A stretch of DNA of 8,609 bases. Source: Octopus sinensis (Eukaryota). A program made the position numbers and the translations under genes. This document shows positions 7,700-8,609 of this stretch, one piece after another. The stretch spans positions 1 to 8,609 of the forward strand of contig NW_021828411.1 in assembly GCF_006345805.1 (NCBI RefSeq), written 5' to 3'. Positions within the stretch are counted from its first letter, which is position 1. The number at the start of each line of letters is the position of its first letter. The notes beneath the pieces were generated by a model. It did not search any database. It had not been told where the DNA came from and saw only the letters and a program-made list of their open reading frames with translations.

Positions 7700-7800
7700 G
7701 GAGAGGAGTTGGTTGCACTAGCACTGATCTGGTACTTTATGTATCACACTTCAAAATTATGAATGAAAATACTTAACCTTGGCGGAAATTAAACTCAGAG
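7700..7800 (-). mobile_element. Highly degenerate fragment of the 5163-type SINE
   Basis: CTGGTACTTTAT...AACCTTGGCGGAAATTAAACTCAGA matches the order of motifs in the other minus copies. Confidence 0.55.
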
Positions 7801-7812
7801 AGCAACGTATTG

Positions 7813-7945
7813 AACTGGCAGAGGCATTAAAGCGTCTGATGGATACCCGAGATAGTATTTCTCACAACGCGAGTTCAAATGCCGCCGAGGAAAAATTTGC
7901 TTTTCATTCCTTTTAGGGTTAATATGTCTGAATAAAATATCAATT
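7813..7945 (+). mobile_element. Degenerate plus-strand copy of the 5163-type SINE
   Basis: AACTGGCAGA head, then GAGTTCAAATGCCGCCGAGG 7871-7890 and TTTGCTTTTCATTCCTTTTAGGGT. Confidence 0.7.
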
Positions 7946-8150
7946 CAGAGCGATGTTTAGTGAAGCTGTAAGAACGTTGGATTGGTCACCCTGTTATGGT
8001 AGGGGCTCCAGCTCTCTGAGTTATAATCACACTATAACCTACGTTGGTCGTACACTTAATTGTTCACCCTGTTCAACACGACCACTTGGTACCTTCGGTT
8101 TCCTTAGCAGAATCCATTCTGTTTCAGTTCTTCGGTCAGAGGATACTTAC

Positions 8151-8206
8151 CTATAACCTGTCCTTCATGAAAACGTTGTAGAAAATCAAAGGCAAAGCCT
8201 TCCACC
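8151..8206 (-). CDS. Candidate internal coding exon, x-VEGFAFDFLQRFHEGQVI-x; product unidentified
   Basis: Acceptor tttttgatgtttatcttttactcag (CAG = rc 8207-8209) and consensus donor AG|GTAAGT (rc 8145-8152). 56 nt; only this frame is stop-free. It lies inside the supplied ORF 8104..8292(-). Confidence 0.7.
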
Positions 8207-8236
8207 CTGAGTAAAAGATAAACATCAAAAACGACA

Positions 8237-8609
8237 GATATTTTCGGTTTGAACGGCAGTTTTTTTCTAGCGGTGTCATATGAAATTGTCACCCATAATT
8301 ATGACCCTAGTATCGATCTATTGCATTTCAATCTGTTTTAGGGTTAGGGGTGGGGGGAAGGGTATCCTTTATTTCTTCACAAATGTAAATAAACCCAATC
8401 TGTTTCTTAAACGAGGGACATATTCATTATACACAGAATGTTTTTTTTACCTCAATGGACGTCACTGATTGGTTGAAATTGCAGAAATTGAAGAAAAAAA
8501 CAACAGATATCTTACAAACGATAGAATTTTCTCAAAAAAGCCAAGAGAAAAAGATGTTTTATAAACAAATTCTACCAGCATACGAAGTTTTCTTTAGTTA
8601 CCTAGAAAT
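8237..8609. mobile_element. Possible MITE-like repeat running off the window end
   Basis: The start GATATTTTCGGTTTGAACGGCAGTTTTTT resembles, from memory only, the terminal inverted repeat of an octopus repeat. It contains TTAGGGTTAGGG near 8338-8349. No partner TIR is inside the window. Confidence 0.35.

Noticed and set aside
7974-8073. Short direct repeats ACGTTGG and TCACCCTGTT, each present twice
   Set aside because: Only 7-10 bp matches with unequal spacing. At most an old small duplication.
8251-8271. GAACGGCAG-T7-CTAGC resembles the centre of the hammerhead palindrome (CAG-T6-CTAGC)
   Set aside because: The match is short and mostly a T run, flanks do not align and there is no hammerhead core. 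Probably coincidence.
8338-8349. TTAGGGTTAGGG as an interstitial telomere
   Set aside because: Only two units, inside a probable repeat element.

Overview
AT-rich eukaryotic genomic DNA, mostly intronic and very rich in microsatellites. The SINE families resemble, from memory, those of octopus (coleoid cephalopod) genomes; this is not checked by search. Nearly all supplied ORFs are translations of simple repeats and are not genes. The window contains: (i) two good candidate coding exons (8151-8206, 7552-7625) and one weaker one (152-230) of an unidentified minus-strand gene; (ii) about ten tRNA-headed SINE copies, including a full-length copy with a 20-bp target-site duplication and a same-orientation chain at 6.2-7.4 kb; (iii) three long palindromes. 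The most notable object is 4518-5096, a non-coding element set between (TA)n tracts with both ends folded back. Its left end is a palindrome with identical 76-bp arms, and each arm encodes a complete minimal type I hammerhead ribozyme, one per strand, back to back. This fits a non-autonomous Penelope-like or retrozyme-type element. Ribozyme activity and family assignment are inferences and have not been tested.
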